From: Haliotis rufescens
Taxonomy: Eukaryota
NCBI RefSeq assembly: GCF_023055435.1
Contig: NW_025964361.1
Coordinates: forward strand, 6,572,001 to 6,636,000
Length of the DNA stretch: 64,000 nt
Direction of reading: 5' to 3'
The stretch's first letter is position 1; each line of letters starts with the position of its first letter. Both the position numbers and the translations under genes were made by a program. Below are positions 11,053 through 26,366 of the stretch, piece by piece. Below the pieces are notes generated by a model. That model was not told where the DNA came from. It saw only the letters and a program-made list of their open reading frames with translations, and made no database searches.

Positions 11053-11932
11053 TAATCTACTCTTGCATACAAGTGGGTGTCAATATAGGCTTTCTACTTG
11101 CGCCTGGCCTCGGCCTATGTATAAAAGCATGCCCTCTGCAATTTCTGAAGACCACGGGCCAAAAGACCAGCAGTGAGGTGATGAGACGAGTGGAATCCAA
11201 TATTGACTGAGGCGAAGGGAGATCACTCTCAATCCCTTGTCCGACTACTGCTATTAGTTGGGTGAAGTGCTCGTAATATATCCCATGTGGCGACACTTGT
11301 GTTTTAGAGAAGAAAGGCAATTCTCGATTCGCACTCCTTTATAAAGGAAGCCACAATTATTGTTACATTAGAAACGATTAGCTATTATATTGGAATATAA
11401 AATTTATTCCAGATAACAAAGTATCAGAGAGCTGTCCTCGGAGAATATCCCGTGTCACAATTGTCGCCACATAAACATTTAGAAGTGTCTGATCTTAAGG
11501 TAACCCCACCTATTTAGAAATCTTCTGCTTAGTGCAGATCATGAAATTGGGACACAGCAGCACAGCAATATAGAGGCAGCATTCACTTTTTAACAATATC
11601 CATATGAATTTATGTCTCATGTTCGGAAATCTTGGGATTTGGCCAATATTGCGATGCTGCTGTCGCCCATATATTATTAGCTGTAAGGAAGACACACTGT
11701 AGAGAAAACAGACGACTTGTGTATACATTACAGAAACATTTATTCAGATGACCGAAAGTCGAAAGTAATATGCCTCAAGGGAGATCCAAAAACAGGCCAA
11801 AATTGTATAGAAAGTATGGTCTTGTGCCATGCTAATGAGCCAAGAGGTTTGCCGAAAGGAAGCTGAAAGTTGGGCCAAAACTGTGAGCCTAAAAATACGC
11901 CAAAAATACGCTAAGAGCGGGTATATGGAATG

Positions 11933-11971
<39 letters not shown>

Positions 11972-12186
11972 CATGTATGCTCGTTCATTCACTCTAACCC
12001 TCACCTCTAACATGCATCCACTCTCCCTCTCACACATACAAACATACATACACACATTATTATACATACATGTTCATTCACTCTCTCACACTCACACACA
12101 AATACACACACATACATGCATACAGACAGACAGACAGACAGACATGCCGATTCAATCTTTCATTTACTCTCACACACGCACACAAT

Positions 12187-12217
<31 letters not shown>

Positions 12218-12438
12218 TACATATTCATTCAGTCTCTCTTTCTCACACACTTATACATACACACACATGCATGTTCATTCAAACTTATATTTACTCTCAC
12301 ACAAACGCACACATACATACATACATACATACATACATACATACATACATACATACATACATACATACATACATACATACACACCTGCTCATTCATTTAC
12401 TCACTTGCACACATTCAGACATTAAAAGGATAAGGAGT

Positions 12439-13423
12439 CTAAGAGAAGATCTTCCTAAAGAAGGCAGCCGCTCTCGTCAGCGCCTTTCTAAGGGGATGAA
12501 TCTCTCTGTCATCCACAAAGCTGTGGTCGTCCTCGTCCTCGTACACCCAGTAGTCACTGTCATCGTCGTCACTTGGGGCAGGATAGTAAGCGGCGTGGTT
12601 GATGGTGACGGGGGCGGGGAGCGTCTCACCGTAGACAGGGCGGGCCCAGAACGGAGTGAAAACGCTCAGGGGGTCGGGACAACGGGAAGGGGACACAGCC
12701 AGGGAACGCTACACATCGAGGGGTGGAGGGAGGGACAAAGGAAGTCAAGTGAGACAGAAATACGGGATACTTTTGCAAAGGAAACGAATCACACTTTATT
12801 ATAGGGACTGGGCAGACTTAATGTGCAACAAATCAGCTATACTAGACGGAAGAATTTATAGGGTGGGCATGTAAAACTACATACACAGTCGGACTCCTCA
12901 TCCTGAGACGGCCACAAACTCACAGCCGCAGGAGTGCCATAATAGCGAATTATGTCCTCCCGAGCTGAAAAAGAAAAACGAAAGCTAGCCTCAGTTAAAT
13001 GTACGCCGACGGCTACGTTAAAAAAATCACAATTCATGACTTCTGACAGCTACAGTATGCCACTCGACCTCGGCCCTTTGACACCTCGAAGTCCAAGTGT
13101 ATGTAGGGTTACGGGCTGTACTGCAAGACAACATTTAACCAATAAAATGGGCCAAACAGCTGCCTTTCACGGAATACAGGTTATCTTACATCTGTACAAC
13201 ATCGCCCGACACTATAATGTACGAACAGGTTTCATCTGAGAACCACATGTCAAGTTTACAATCTAACATTTTCAGTTATGACAATTGCAAATGGCGGCCG
13301 CCATCTTCAGTCCCGATACTGCTGCCTAACAACGACCAATTTCACGTCTAATTTAACATCTTAATACTGTTAAGTGGAATAATTGTGATCTTAAATACCT
13401 TGAATGTGAAGCCTTGTATTCAT
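12439..13423 (-). CDS. Array gene copy 4 (111 aa)
   Basis: Exons 13423-13399, 12964-12924, 12708-12439. Confidence 0.6.
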
Positions 13424-14525
13424 CTTGGAAGAAGACACACTTGGAATGATACAGCAGTGAGCGAAACGTAGAGGTCAGCGGAGCAAAAGCGATCGTTTTT
13501 CTGTTGAAAACAGAAGGGACGTCGATAACGGCAACGGTAACTACGTTACGGAGTTCGATGAGTCAGAACGAGGCTCATCGCCAGCTTCCGGCGTGGTAAA
13601 GCCTAATGGCATTGCCAAGGGTGAAAACTGCCGGGTTTATTTCGTCTGAACACCGGTATTAAGTTGTATCTTACAACTGAAACGTTGCCTACATCAGTTC
13701 AGAGTTTGAAAAAATTGTGCAGGTGAAACTGGGTGTTTTTCGTGCCTCCATTACCCGAAACAGGGTGAATTTTGTTCACTATGAGATGGACATTAACCTT
13801 AAACGTTTGCTATGCCGAATAGCGATACCATATAACGACCCTCTATTATACTAGCCTTCACAATACCTTTTACATTCGACAAACTGACACGGGCTAGCAG
13901 GCTAGTAAGAATGCACATCTCTGATAATCCAAGTGGGATTTGGGAATTATTCCCAAGCCTACAGGGATAAAATAAAAGTTCAATGGTACTGGTATTTTCC
14001 AACGTGTGCAGCGACAGTTCTTATTTGGTTTGATTTCTAATCTGGAAACACGACGACCACAGAAAATAGCTAATAGGAGAGAAAGATAAATGACAAGCAT
14101 ATTGGTTTTTACTACACTAGGCCTGAGGGGCCGACCATTTCATGTTCCTTTGGAAGGGGGAGTGGGCGACGTTGGATTTTGTATGGAGACTAGATATTTT
14201 GCAGCTACAAATGCAAAATCAGTTAATATAAACTATGAGCCTAAATAAAACATTTTTCAAAAACCCACCTTGCAACAACGTATTTTTGGTGGCCAAAATG
14301 TTCTTTTTGTCCAACAGATGGAAGCATATTTAGTTTTCAATCAACTTTGGAGACAATATATTTTTTTCTGAAAAAATCCTAGCCACCCACACACTCACAG
14401 TCAGAGAAATCCTATTGACCGTCCCATTTTGAAAACCTTGATGTGGACGTACAGGGGTAGAATTCAGACCCCTTGTATCATTTAGGTATTTTTGAAGAAT
14501 GCCAGATACGAATATTACGTCATAT

Positions 14526-14565
<40 letters not shown>

Positions 14566-15445
14566 TAATCTACTCTTGCATACAAGTGGGTGTCAATATA
14601 GGCTTTCTACTTGCGCCTGGCCTCGGCCTATGTATAAAAGCATGCCCTCTGCAATTTCTGAAGACCACGGGCCAAAAGACCAGCAGTGAGGTGATGAGAC
14701 GAGTGGAATCCAATATTGACTGAGGCGAAGGGAGATCACTCTCAATCCCTTGTCCGACTACTGCTATTAGTTGGGTGAAGTGCTCGTAATATATCCCATG
14801 TGGCGACACTTGTGTTTTAGAGAAGAAAGGCAATTCTCGATTCGCACTCCTTTATAAAGGAAGCCACAATTATTGTTACATTAGAAACGATTAGCTATTA
14901 TATTGGAATATAAAATTTATTCCAGATAACAAAGTATCAGAGAGCTGTCCTCGGAGAATATCCCATGTCACAATTGTCGCCACATAAACATTTAGAAGTG
15001 TCTGATCTTAAGGTAACCCCACCTATTTAGAAATCTTCTGCTTAGTGCAGATCATGAAATTGGGACACAGTAGCACAGCAATATAGAGGCAGCATTCACT
15101 TTTTAACAATATCCATATGAATTTATGTCTCATGTTCGGAAATCTTGGGATTTGGCCAATATTGCGATGCTGCTGTCGCCCATATATTATTAGCTGTAAG
15201 GAAGACACACTGTAGAGAAAACAGACGACTTGTGTATACATTACAGAAACATTTATTCAGATGACCGAAAGTCGAAAGTAATATGCCTCAAGGGAGATCC
15301 AAAAACAGGCCAAAATTGTATAGAAAGTATGGTCTTGTGCCATGCTAATGAGCCAAGAGGTTTGCCGAAAGGAAGCTGAAAGTTGGGCCAAAACTGTGAG
15401 CCTAAAAATACGCCAAAAATACGCTAAGAGCGGGTATATGGAATG

Positions 15446-15486
<41 letters not shown>

Positions 15487-15701
15487 CATGTATGCTCGTT
15501 CATTCACTCTAACCCTCACCTCTAACATGCATCCACTCTCCCTCTCACACATACAAACATACATACACACATTATTATACATACATGTTCATTCACTCTC
15601 TCACACTCACACACAAATACACACACATACATGCATACAGACAGACAGACAGACAGACATGCCGATTCAATCTTTCATTTACTCTCACACACGCACACAA
15701 T

Positions 15702-15732
<31 letters not shown>

Positions 15733-15957
15733 TACATATTCATTCAGTCTCTCTTTCTCACACACTTATACATACACACACATGCATGTTCATTCAAACT
15801 TATATTTACTCTCACACAAACGCACACATACATACATACATACATACATACATACATACATACATACATACATACATACATACATACATACATACATACA
15901 CACCTGCTCATTCATTTACTCACTTGCACACATTCAGACATTAAAAGGATAAGGAGT

Positions 15958-16869
15958 CTAAGAGAAGATCTTCCTAAAGAAGGCAGCCGCTCTCGTCAGT
16001 CACTGTCATCGTCGTCACTTGGGGCAGGATAGTAAGCGGCGTGGTTGATGGTGACGGGGGCGGGGAGCGTCTCACCGTAGACAGGGCGGGCCCAGAACGG
16101 AGTGAAAACGCTCAGGGGGTCGGGACAACGGGAAGGGGACACAGCCAGGGAACGCTACACATCGAGGGGTGGAGGGAGGGACAAAGGAAGTCAAGTGAGA
16201 CAGAAATACGGGATACTTTTGCAAAGGAAACGAATCACACTTTATTATAGGGACTGGGCAGACTTAATGTGCAACAAATCAGCTATACTAGACGGAAGAA
16301 TTTATAGGGTGGGCATGTAAAACTACATACACAGTCGGACTCCTCATCCTGAGACGGCCACAAACTCACAGCCGCAGGAGTGCCATAATAGCGAATTATG
16401 TCCTCCCGAGCTGAAAAAGAAAAACGAAAGCTAGCCTCAGTTAAATGTACGCCGACGGCTACGTTCAAAAAATCACAATTCATGACTTCTGACAGCTACA
16501 GTATGCCACTCGACCTCGGCCCTTTGACACCTCGAAGTCCAAGTGTATGTAGGGTTACGGGCTGTACTGCAAGACAACATTTAACCAATAAAATGGGCCA
16601 AACAGCTGCCTTTCACGGAATACGGGTTATCTTACATCTGTACAACATCGCCCGACACTATAATGTACGAACAGGTTTCATCTGAGAACCACATGTCAAG
16701 TTTACAATCTAACATTTTCAGTTATGACAATTGCAAATGGCGGCCGCCATCTTCAGTCCCGATACTGCTGCCTAACAACGACCAATTTCACGTCTAATTT
16801 AACATCTTAATACTGTTAAGTGGAATAATTGTGATCTTAAATACCTTGAATGTGAAGCCTTGTATTCAT
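15958..16869 (-). pseudogene. Array gene copy 5, truncated by a 73-bp deletion in exon 3 (74-aa product ending ...PSDDDDSD*)
   Basis: The plus strand reads CGTCAG|TCACTG at 15999/16000, lacking the equivalent of 1938-2010. On the minus strand this gives GAC AGT GAC TGA, with the stop at 15998-15996. Exons 16869-16845, 16410-16370, 16154-15996. Confidence 0.55.
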
Positions 16870-17965
16870 CTTGGAAGAAGACACACTTGGAATGATACAG
16901 CAGTGAGCGAAACGTAGAGGTCAGCGGAGCAAAAGCGATCGTTTTTCTGTTGAAAACAGAAGGGACGTCGATAACGGCAACGGTAACTACGTTACGGAGT
17001 TCGATGAGTCAGAACGAGGCTCATCGCCAGCTTCCGGCGTGGTAAAGCCTAATGGCATTGCCAAGGGTGAAAACTGCCGGGTTTATTTCGTCTGAACACC
17101 GGTATTAAGTTGTATCTTACAACTGAAACGTTGCCTACATCAGTTCAGAGTTTGAAAAAATTGTGCAGGTGAAACTGGGTGTTTTTCGTGCCTCCATTAC
17201 CCGAAACAGGGTGAATTTTGTTCACTATGAGATGGACATTAACCTTAAACGTTTGCTATGCCGAATAGCGATACCATATAACGACCCTCTATTATACTAG
17301 CCTTCACAATACCTTTTACATTCGACAAACTGACACGGGCTAGCAGGCTAGTAAGAATGCACATCTCTGATAATCCAAGTGGGATTTGGGAATTATTCCC
17401 AAGCCTACAGGGATAAAATAAAAGTTCAATGGTACTGGTATTTTCCAACGTGTGCAGCGACAGTTCTTATTTGGTTTGATTTCTAATCTGGAAACACGAC
17501 GACCACAGAAAATAGCTAATAGGAGAGAAAGATAAATGACAAGCATATTGGTTTTTACTACACTAGGCCTGAGGGGCCGACCATTTCATGTTCCTTTGGA
17601 AGGGGGAGTGGGCGACGTTGGATTTTGTATGGAGACTAGATATTTTGCAGCTACAAATGCAAAATCAGTTAATATAAACTATGAGCCTAAATAAAACATT
17701 TTTCAAAAACCCACCTTGCAACAACGTATTTTTGGTGGCCAAAATGTTCTTTTTGTCCAACAGATGGAAGCATATTTAGTTTTCAATCAACTTTGGAGAC
17801 AATATATTTTTTTCTGAAAAAATCCTAGCCACCCACACACTCACAGTCAGAGAAATCCTATTGACCGTCCCATTTTGAAAACCTTGATGTGGACGTACAG
17901 GGGTAGAATTCAGACCCCTTGTATCACTTAGGTATTTTTGAAGAATGCCAGATACGAATATTACG

Positions 17966-18002
<37 letters not shown>

Positions 18003-18879
18003 TCTACTCTTGCATACAAGTGGGTGTCAATATAGGCTTTCTACTTGCGCCTGGCCTCGGCCTATGTATAAAAGCATGCCCTCTGCAATTTCTGAAGACC
18101 ACGGGCCAAAAGACCAGCAGTGAGGTGATGAGACGAGTGGAATCCAATATTGACTGAGGCGAAGGGAGATCACTCTCAATCCCTTGTCCGACTACTGCTA
18201 TTAGTTGGGTGAAGTGCTCGTAATATATCCCATGTGGCGACACTTGTGTTTTAGAGAAGAAAGGCAATTCTCGATTCGCACTCCTTTATAAAGGAAGCCA
18301 CAATTATTGTTACATTAGAAACGATTAGCTATTATATTGGAATATAAAATTTATTCCAGATAACAAAGTATCAGAGAGCTGTCCTCGGAGAATATCCCGT
18401 GTCACAATTGTCGCCACATAAACATTTAGAAGTGTCTGATCTTAAGGTAACCCCACCTATTTAGAAATCTTCTGCTAAGTGCAGATCATGAAATTGGGAC
18501 ACAGCAGCACAGCAATATAGAGGCAGCATTCACTTTTTAACAATATCCATATGAATTTATGTCTCATGTTCGGAAATCTTGGGATTTGGCCAATATTGCG
18601 ATGCTGCTGTCGCCCATATATTATTAGCTGTAAGGAAGAAACACTGTAGAGAAAACAGACGACTTGTGTATACATTACAGAAACATTTATTCAGATGACC
18701 GAAAGTCGAAAGTAATATGCCTCAAGGGAGATCCAAAAACGGGCCAAAATTGTATAGAAAGTATGGTCTTGTGCCATGCTAATAAGCCAAGAGGTTTGCC
18801 GAAAGGAAGCTGAAAGTTGGGCCTAAACTGTGAGCCTAAAAATACGCCAAAAATACGCTAAGAGCGGGTATATGGAATG

Positions 18880-18926
<47 letters not shown>

Positions 18927-19375
18927 CATGTATGCTCGTTCATTCACTCTAACCCTCACCTCTAACATGCATCCACTCTCCCTCTCACACATACAAACAT
19001 ACATACACACATTATTATACATACATGCTCATTCACTCTCTCACACTCACACACAAATACACACACATACATGCATACAGACAGACAGAGAGACATGCCG
19101 ATTCAATCTTTCATTTACTCTCACACACGCACACAATACACACACACACACACACACAAACATACATATTCATTCAGTCTCTCTTTCTCACACACTTATA
19201 CATACACACACATGCATGTTCATTCAAACTTATATTTACTCTCACACAAACGCATACATACATACATACATACATACATACATACATACATACATACATA
19301 CATACATACATACATACACACCTGCTCATTCATTCACTCACTTGCACACATTCAGACATTAAAAGGATAAGGAGT

Positions 19376-20360
19376 CTAAGAGAAGATCTTCCTAAAGAAG
19401 GCAGCCGCTCTCGTCAGCGCCTTTCTAAGGGGATGAATCTCTCTGTCATCCACAAAGCTGTGGTCGTCCTCGTCCTCGTACACCCAGTAGTCACTGTCAT
19501 CGTCGTCACTTGGGGCAGGATAGTAAGCGGCGTGGTTGATGGTGACGGGGGCGGGGAGCGTCTCACCGTAGACAGGGCGGGCCCAGAACGGAGTGAAAAC
19601 GCTCAGGGGGTCGGGACAACGGGAAGGGGACACAGCCAGGGAACGCTACACATCGAGGGGTGGAGGGAGGGACAAAGGAAGTCAAGTGAGACAGAAATAC
19701 GGGATACTTTTGCAAAGAAAACGAATCACACTTTATTATAGGGACTGGGCAGACTTAATGTGCAACAAATCAGCTATACTAGACGGAAGAATTTATAGGG
19801 TGGGCATGTAAAACTACATACACAGTCGGACTCCTCATCCTGAGACGGCCACAAACTCACAGCCGCAGGAGTGCCATAATAGCGAATTATGTCCTCCCGA
19901 GCTGAAAAAGAAAAACGAAAGCTAGCCTCAGTTAAATGTACGCCGACGGCTACGTTCAAAAAATCACAATTCATGACTTCTGACAGCTACAGTATGCCAC
20001 TCGACCTCGGCCCTTTGACACCTCGAAGTCCAAGTGTATGTAGGGTTACGGGCTGTACTGCAAGACAACATTTAACCAATAAAATGGGCCAAACAGCTGC
20101 CTTTCACGGAATACGGGTTATCTTACATCTGTACAACATCGCCCGACACTATAATGTACGAACAGGTTTCATCTGAGAACCACATGTCAAGTTTACAATC
20201 TAACATTTCAAGTTATGACAATTGCAAATGGCGGCCGCCATCTTCAGTCCCGATACTGCTGCCTAACAACGACCAATTTCACGTCTAATTTAACATCTTA
20301 ATACTGTTAAGTGGAATAATTGTGATCTTAAATACCTTGAATGTGAAGCCTTGTATTCAT
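19376..20360 (-). CDS. Array gene copy 6 (111 aa)
   Basis: Exons 20360-20336, 19901-19861, 19645-19376. Confidence 0.6.
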
Positions 20361-21456
20361 CTTGGAAGAAGACACACTTGGAATGATACAGCAGTGAGCG
20401 AAACGTAGAGGTCAGCGGAGCAAAAGCGATCGTTTTTCTGTTGAAAACAGAAGGGACGTCGATAACGGCAACGGTAACTACGTTACGGAGTTCGATGAGT
20501 CAGAACGAGGCTCATCGCCAGCTTCCGGCGTGGTAAAGCCTAATGGCATTGCCAAGGGTGAAAACTGCCGGGTTTATTTCGTCTGAACACCGGTATTAAG
20601 TTGTATCTTACAACTGAAACGTTGCCTACATCAGTTCAGAGTTTGAAAAAATTGTGCAGGTGAAACTGGGTGTTTTTCGTGCCTCCATTACCCGAAACAG
20701 GGTGAATTTTGTTCACTATGAGATGGACATTAACCTTAAACGTTTGCTATGCCGAATAGTGATACCATATAACGACCCTCTATTATACTAGCCTTCACAA
20801 TACCTTTTACATTCGACAAACTGACACGGGCTAGCAGGCTAGTAAGAATGCAAATCTCTGATAATCCAAGTGGGATTTGGGAATTATTCCCAAGCCTACA
20901 GGGATAAAATAAAAGTTCAATGGTACTGGTATTTTCCAACGTGTGCAGCGACAGTTCTTATTTGGTTTGATTTCTAATCTGGAAACACGACGACAAAAGA
21001 AAATAGCTAATAGGAGAGAAAGATAAATGACAAGCATATTGGTTTTTACTACACTAGGCCTGAGGGGCCGACCATTTCATGTTCCTTTGGAAGGGGGAGT
21101 GGGCGACGTTGGATTTTGTATGGAGACTAGATATTTTTCAGCTACAAATGCAAAATCAGTTAATATAAACTATGAGCCTAAATAAAACATTTTTCAAAAA
21201 CCCACCTTGCAACAACGTATTTTTGGTGGCCAAAATGTTCTTTTTGTCCAACAGATGGAAGCATATTTAGTTTTCAATCAACTTTGGAGACAATATATTT
21301 TTTTCTGAAAAAATCCTAGCCACCCACACACTCACAGTCAGAGAAATCCTATTGACCGTCCCATTTTGAAAACCTTGATGTGGACGTACAGGGGTAGAAT
21401 TCAGACCCCTTGTATCATTTAGGTATTTTTGTAGAATGCCAGATACGAATATTACG

Positions 21457-21515
<59 letters not shown>

Positions 21516-22731
21516 TCTACTCTTGCATACAAGTGGGTGTCAATATAGGCTTTCTACTTGCGCCTGGCATCGGCCTATGTATAAAAGCATGCCCTCTGCA
21601 ATTTCTGAAGACCACGGGCCAAAAGACCAGCAGTAAGGTGATGAGACGAGTGGAATCCAATATTGACTGAGGCGAAGGGAGATCACTCTCAATCCCTTGT
21701 CCGACTACTGCTATTAGTTGGGTGAAGTGCTCGTAATATATCCCATGTGGCGACACTTGTGTTTTAGAGAAGAAAGGCAATTCTCGATTCGCACTCCTTT
21801 ATAAAGGAAGCCACAATTATTGTTACATTAGAAACGATTAGCTATTATATTGGAATATAAAATTTATTCCAGATAACAAAGTATCAGAGAGCTGTCCTCG
21901 GAGAATATCCTGTGTCACAATTGTCGCCACATAAACATTTAGAAGTGTCTGATCTTAAGGTAACCCCACCTATTTAGAAATCTTCTGCTAAGTGCAGATC
22001 ATGAAATTGGGACACAGCAGCACAGCAATATAGAGGCAGCATTCACTTTTTAACAATATCCATATGAATTTATGTCTCATGTTCGGAAATCTTGGGATTT
22101 GGCCAATATTGCGATGCTGCTGTCGCCCATATATTATTAGCTGTAAGGAAGAAACACTGTAGAGAAAACAGACGACTTGTGTATACATTACAGAAACATT
22201 TATTCAGATGACCGAAAGTCGAAAGTAATATGCCTCAAGGGAGATCCAAAAACGGGCCAAAATTGTATAGAAAGTATGGTCTTGTGCCATGCTAATAAGC
22301 CAAGAGGTTTGCCGAAAGGAAACTGAAAGTTGGGCCAAAACTGTGAGCCTAAAAATACGCCAAAAATACGCTAAGAGCGGGTATATGGAATGGTACTCTC
22401 TCTCTCTCTCTCTCTCTCTCATACATGTATGCTCGTTCATTCACTCTAACCCTCACCTCTAACATGCATCCACTCTCCCTCTCACACATACAAACATACA
22501 TACACACATTATTATACATACATGCTCATTCACTCTCTCACACTCACACACAAATACACACACACACATGCATACAGACAGACAGACAGACATGCCGATT
22601 CAATCTTTCATTTACTCTCACACACGCACACAATACACACACACACACACACAAACATACATATTCATTCAGTCTCTCTTTCTCACACACTTATACATAC
22701 ACACACATGCATGTTCATTCAAACTTATATT

Positions 22732-22879
22732 NNNNNNNNNNNNNNNNNNNNNNNNNNNNNNNNNNNNNNNNNNNNNNNNNNNNNNNNNNNNNNNNNNNNN
22801 NNNNNNNNNNNNNNNNNNNNNNNNNNNNNNNNNNNNNNNNNNNNNNNNNNNNNNNNNNNNNNNNNNNNNNNNNNNNNNN
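22732..22879. other. Assembly gap (148 N) at the (CATA)n position of unit 7
   Basis: Run of N; both flanks are collinear with the unit. Confidence 0.99.
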
Positions 22880-22918
22880 CTCACTTGCACACATTCAGAC
22901 ATTAAAAGGATAAGGAGT

Positions 22919-23903
22919 CTAAGAGAAGATCTTCCTAAAGAAGGCAGCAGCTCTCGTCAGCGCCTTTCTAAGGGGATGAATCTCTCTGTCATCCACAAAG
23001 CTGTGGTCGTCCTCGTCCTCGTACACCCAGTAGTCACTGTCATCGTCGTCACTTGGGGCAGGATAGTAAGCGGCGTGGTTGATGGTGACGGGGGCGGGGA
23101 GCGTCTCACCGTAGACAGGGCGGGCCCAGAACGGAGTGAAAACGCTCAGGGGGTCGGGACAACGGGAAGGGGACACAGCCAGGGAACGCTACACATCGAG
23201 GGGTGGAGGGAGGGACAAAGGAAGTCAAGTGAGACAGAAATACGGGATACTTTTGCAAAGGAAACGAATCACACTTTATTATAGGGACTGGGCAGACTTA
23301 ATGTGCAACAAATCAGCTATACTAGACGGAAGAATTTATAGGGTGGGCATGTAAAACTACATACACAGTCGGACTCCTCATCCTGAGACGGCCACAAACT
23401 CACAGCCGCAGGAGTGCCATAATAGCGAATTATGTCCTCCCGAGCTGAAAAAGAAAAACGAAAGCTAGCCTCAGTTAAATGTACGCCGACGGCTACGTTC
23501 AAAAAATCACAATTCATGACTTCTGACAGCTACAGTATGCCACTCGACCTCGGCCCTTTGACACCTCGAAGTCCAAGTGTATGTAGGGTTACGGGCTGTA
23601 CTGCAAGACAACATTTAACCAATAAAATGGGCCAAACAGCTGCCTTTCACGGAATACGGGTTATCTTACATCTGTACAACATCGCCCGACACTATAATGT
23701 ACGAACAGGTTTCATCTGAGAACCACATGTCAAGTTTACAATCTAACATTTTCAGTTATGACAATTGCAAATGGCGGCCGCCATCTTCAGTCCCGATAAT
23801 GCTGCCTAACAACGACCAATTTCACGTCTAATTTAACATCTTAATACTGTTAAGTGGAATAATTGTGATCTTAAATACCTTGAATGTGAAGCCTTGTATT
23901 CAT
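22919..23903 (-). CDS. Array gene copy 7 (111 aa)
   Basis: Exons 23903-23879, 23444-23404, 23188-22919; one synonymous change (GCG>GCT, Ala) at 22949. Confidence 0.6.
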
Positions 23904-25897
23904 CTTGGAAGAAGACACACTTGGAATGATACAGCAGTGAGCGAAACGTAGAGGTCAGCGGAGCAAAAGCGATCGTTTTTCTGTTGAAAACAGAAGGGAC
24001 GTCGATAACGGCAACGGTAACTACGTTACGGAGTTCGATGAGTCAGAACGAGGCTCATCGCCAGCTTCCGGCGTGGTAAAGCCTAATGGCATTGCCAAGG
24101 GTGAAAACTGCCGGGTTTATTTCGTCTGAACACCGGTATTAAGTTGTATCTTACAACTGAAACGTTGCCTACATCAGTTCAGAGTTTGAAAAAATTGTGC
24201 AGGTGAAACTGGGTGTTTTTCGTGCCTCCATTACCCGAAACAGGGTTAATTTTGTTCACTATGAGATGGACATTAACCTTAAACGTTTGCTATGCCGAAT
24301 AGCGATACCACATAACGACCCTCTATTATACTAGCCTTCACAATACCTTTTACATTCGACAAACTGACACGGGCTAGCAGGCTAGTAAGAATGCACATCT
24401 CTGATAATCCAAGTGGGATTTGGGAATTATTCCCAAGCCTACAGGGATAAAATAAAAGTTCAATGGTACTGGTATTTTCCAACGTGTGCAGCGACAGTTC
24501 TTATTTGGTTTGATTTCTAATCTGGAAACACGACGACCACAGAAAATAGCTAATAGGAGAGAAAGATAAATGACAAGCATATTGGTTTTTACTACACTAG
24601 GCCTGAGGGGCCGACCATTTCATGTTCCTTTGGAAGGGGGAGTGGGCGACGTTGGATTTTGTATGGAGACTAGATATTTTGCAGCTACAAATGCAAAATC
24701 AGTTAATATAAACTATGAGCCTAAATAAAACATTTTTCAAAAACCCACCTTGCAACAACGTATTTTTGGTGGCCGACATGTTCTTTTTGTCCAACAGATG
24801 GAAGCATATTTAGTTTTCAATCAACTTTGGAGACAATATATTTTTTTCTGAAAAAATCCTAGCCACCCACACACTCACAGTCAGAGAAATCCTATTGACC
24901 GTCCCATTTTGAAAACCTTGATGTGGACGTACAGGGGTAGAATTCAGACCCCTTGTATCATTTAGGTATTTTTGTAGAATGCCAGATACGAATATTACGT
25001 CATATATATATATATATTAATCTACTCTTGCATACAAGTGGGTGTCAATATAGGCTTTCTACTTGCGCCTGGCCTCGGCCTATGTATAAAAGCATGCCCT
25101 CTGCAATTTCTGAAGACCACGGGCCAAAAGACCAGCAGTGAGGTGATGAGACGAGTGGAATCCAATATTGACTGAGGCGAAGGGAGATCACTCTCAATCC
25201 CTTGTCCGACTACTGCTATTAGTTGGGTGAAGTGCTCGTAATATATCCCATGTGGCGACACTTGTGTTTTAGAGAAGAAAGGCAATTCTCGATTCGCACT
25301 CCTTTATAAAGGAAGCCACAATTATTGTTACATTAGAAACGATTAGCTATTATATTGGAATATAAAATTTATTCCAGATAACAAAGTATCAGAGAGCTGT
25401 CCTCGGAGAATATCCCGTGTCACATTTGTCGCCACATAAACATTTAGAAGTGTCTGATCTTAAGGTAACCCCACCTATTTAGAAATCTTCTGCTAAGTGC
25501 AGATCATGAAATTGGGACACAGCAGCACAGCAATATAGAGGCAGCATTCACTTTTTAACAATATCCATATGAATTTATGTCTCATGTTCGGAAATCTTGG
25601 GATTTGGCCAATATTGCGATGCTGCTGTCGCCCATATATTATTAGCTGTAAGGAAGAAACACTGTAGAGAAAACAGACGACTTGTGTATACATTACAGAA
25701 ACATTTATTCAGATGACCGAAAGTCGAAAGTAATATGCCTCAAGGGAGATCCAAAAACGGGCCAAAATTGTATAGAAAGTATGGTCTTGTGCCATGCTAA
25801 TAAGCCAAGAGGTTTGCCGAAAGGAAGCTGAAAGTTGGGCCAAAACTGTGAGCCTAAAAATACGCCAAAAATACGCTAAGAGCGGGTATATGGAATG

Positions 25898-25940
<43 letters not shown>

Positions 25941-26366
25941 CTGTATGCTCGTTCATTCACTCTAACCCTCACCTCTAACATGCATCCACTCTCCCTCTCA
26001 CACATACAAACATACATACACACATTATTATACATACATGCTCATTCACTCTCTCACACTCACACACAAATACACACACATACATGCATACAGACAGACA
26101 GACAGACATGCCGATTCAATCTTTCATTTACTCTCACACACGCACACAATACACACACACACACACACACACAAACATACATATTCATTCAGTCTCTCTT
26201 TCTCACACACTTATACATACACACACATGCATGTTCATTCAAACTTATATTTACTCTCACACAAACGCACACATACATACATACATACATACATACATAC
26301 ATACATACACACCTGCTCATTCATTCACTCACTTGCACACATTCAGACATTAAAAGGATAAGGAGT

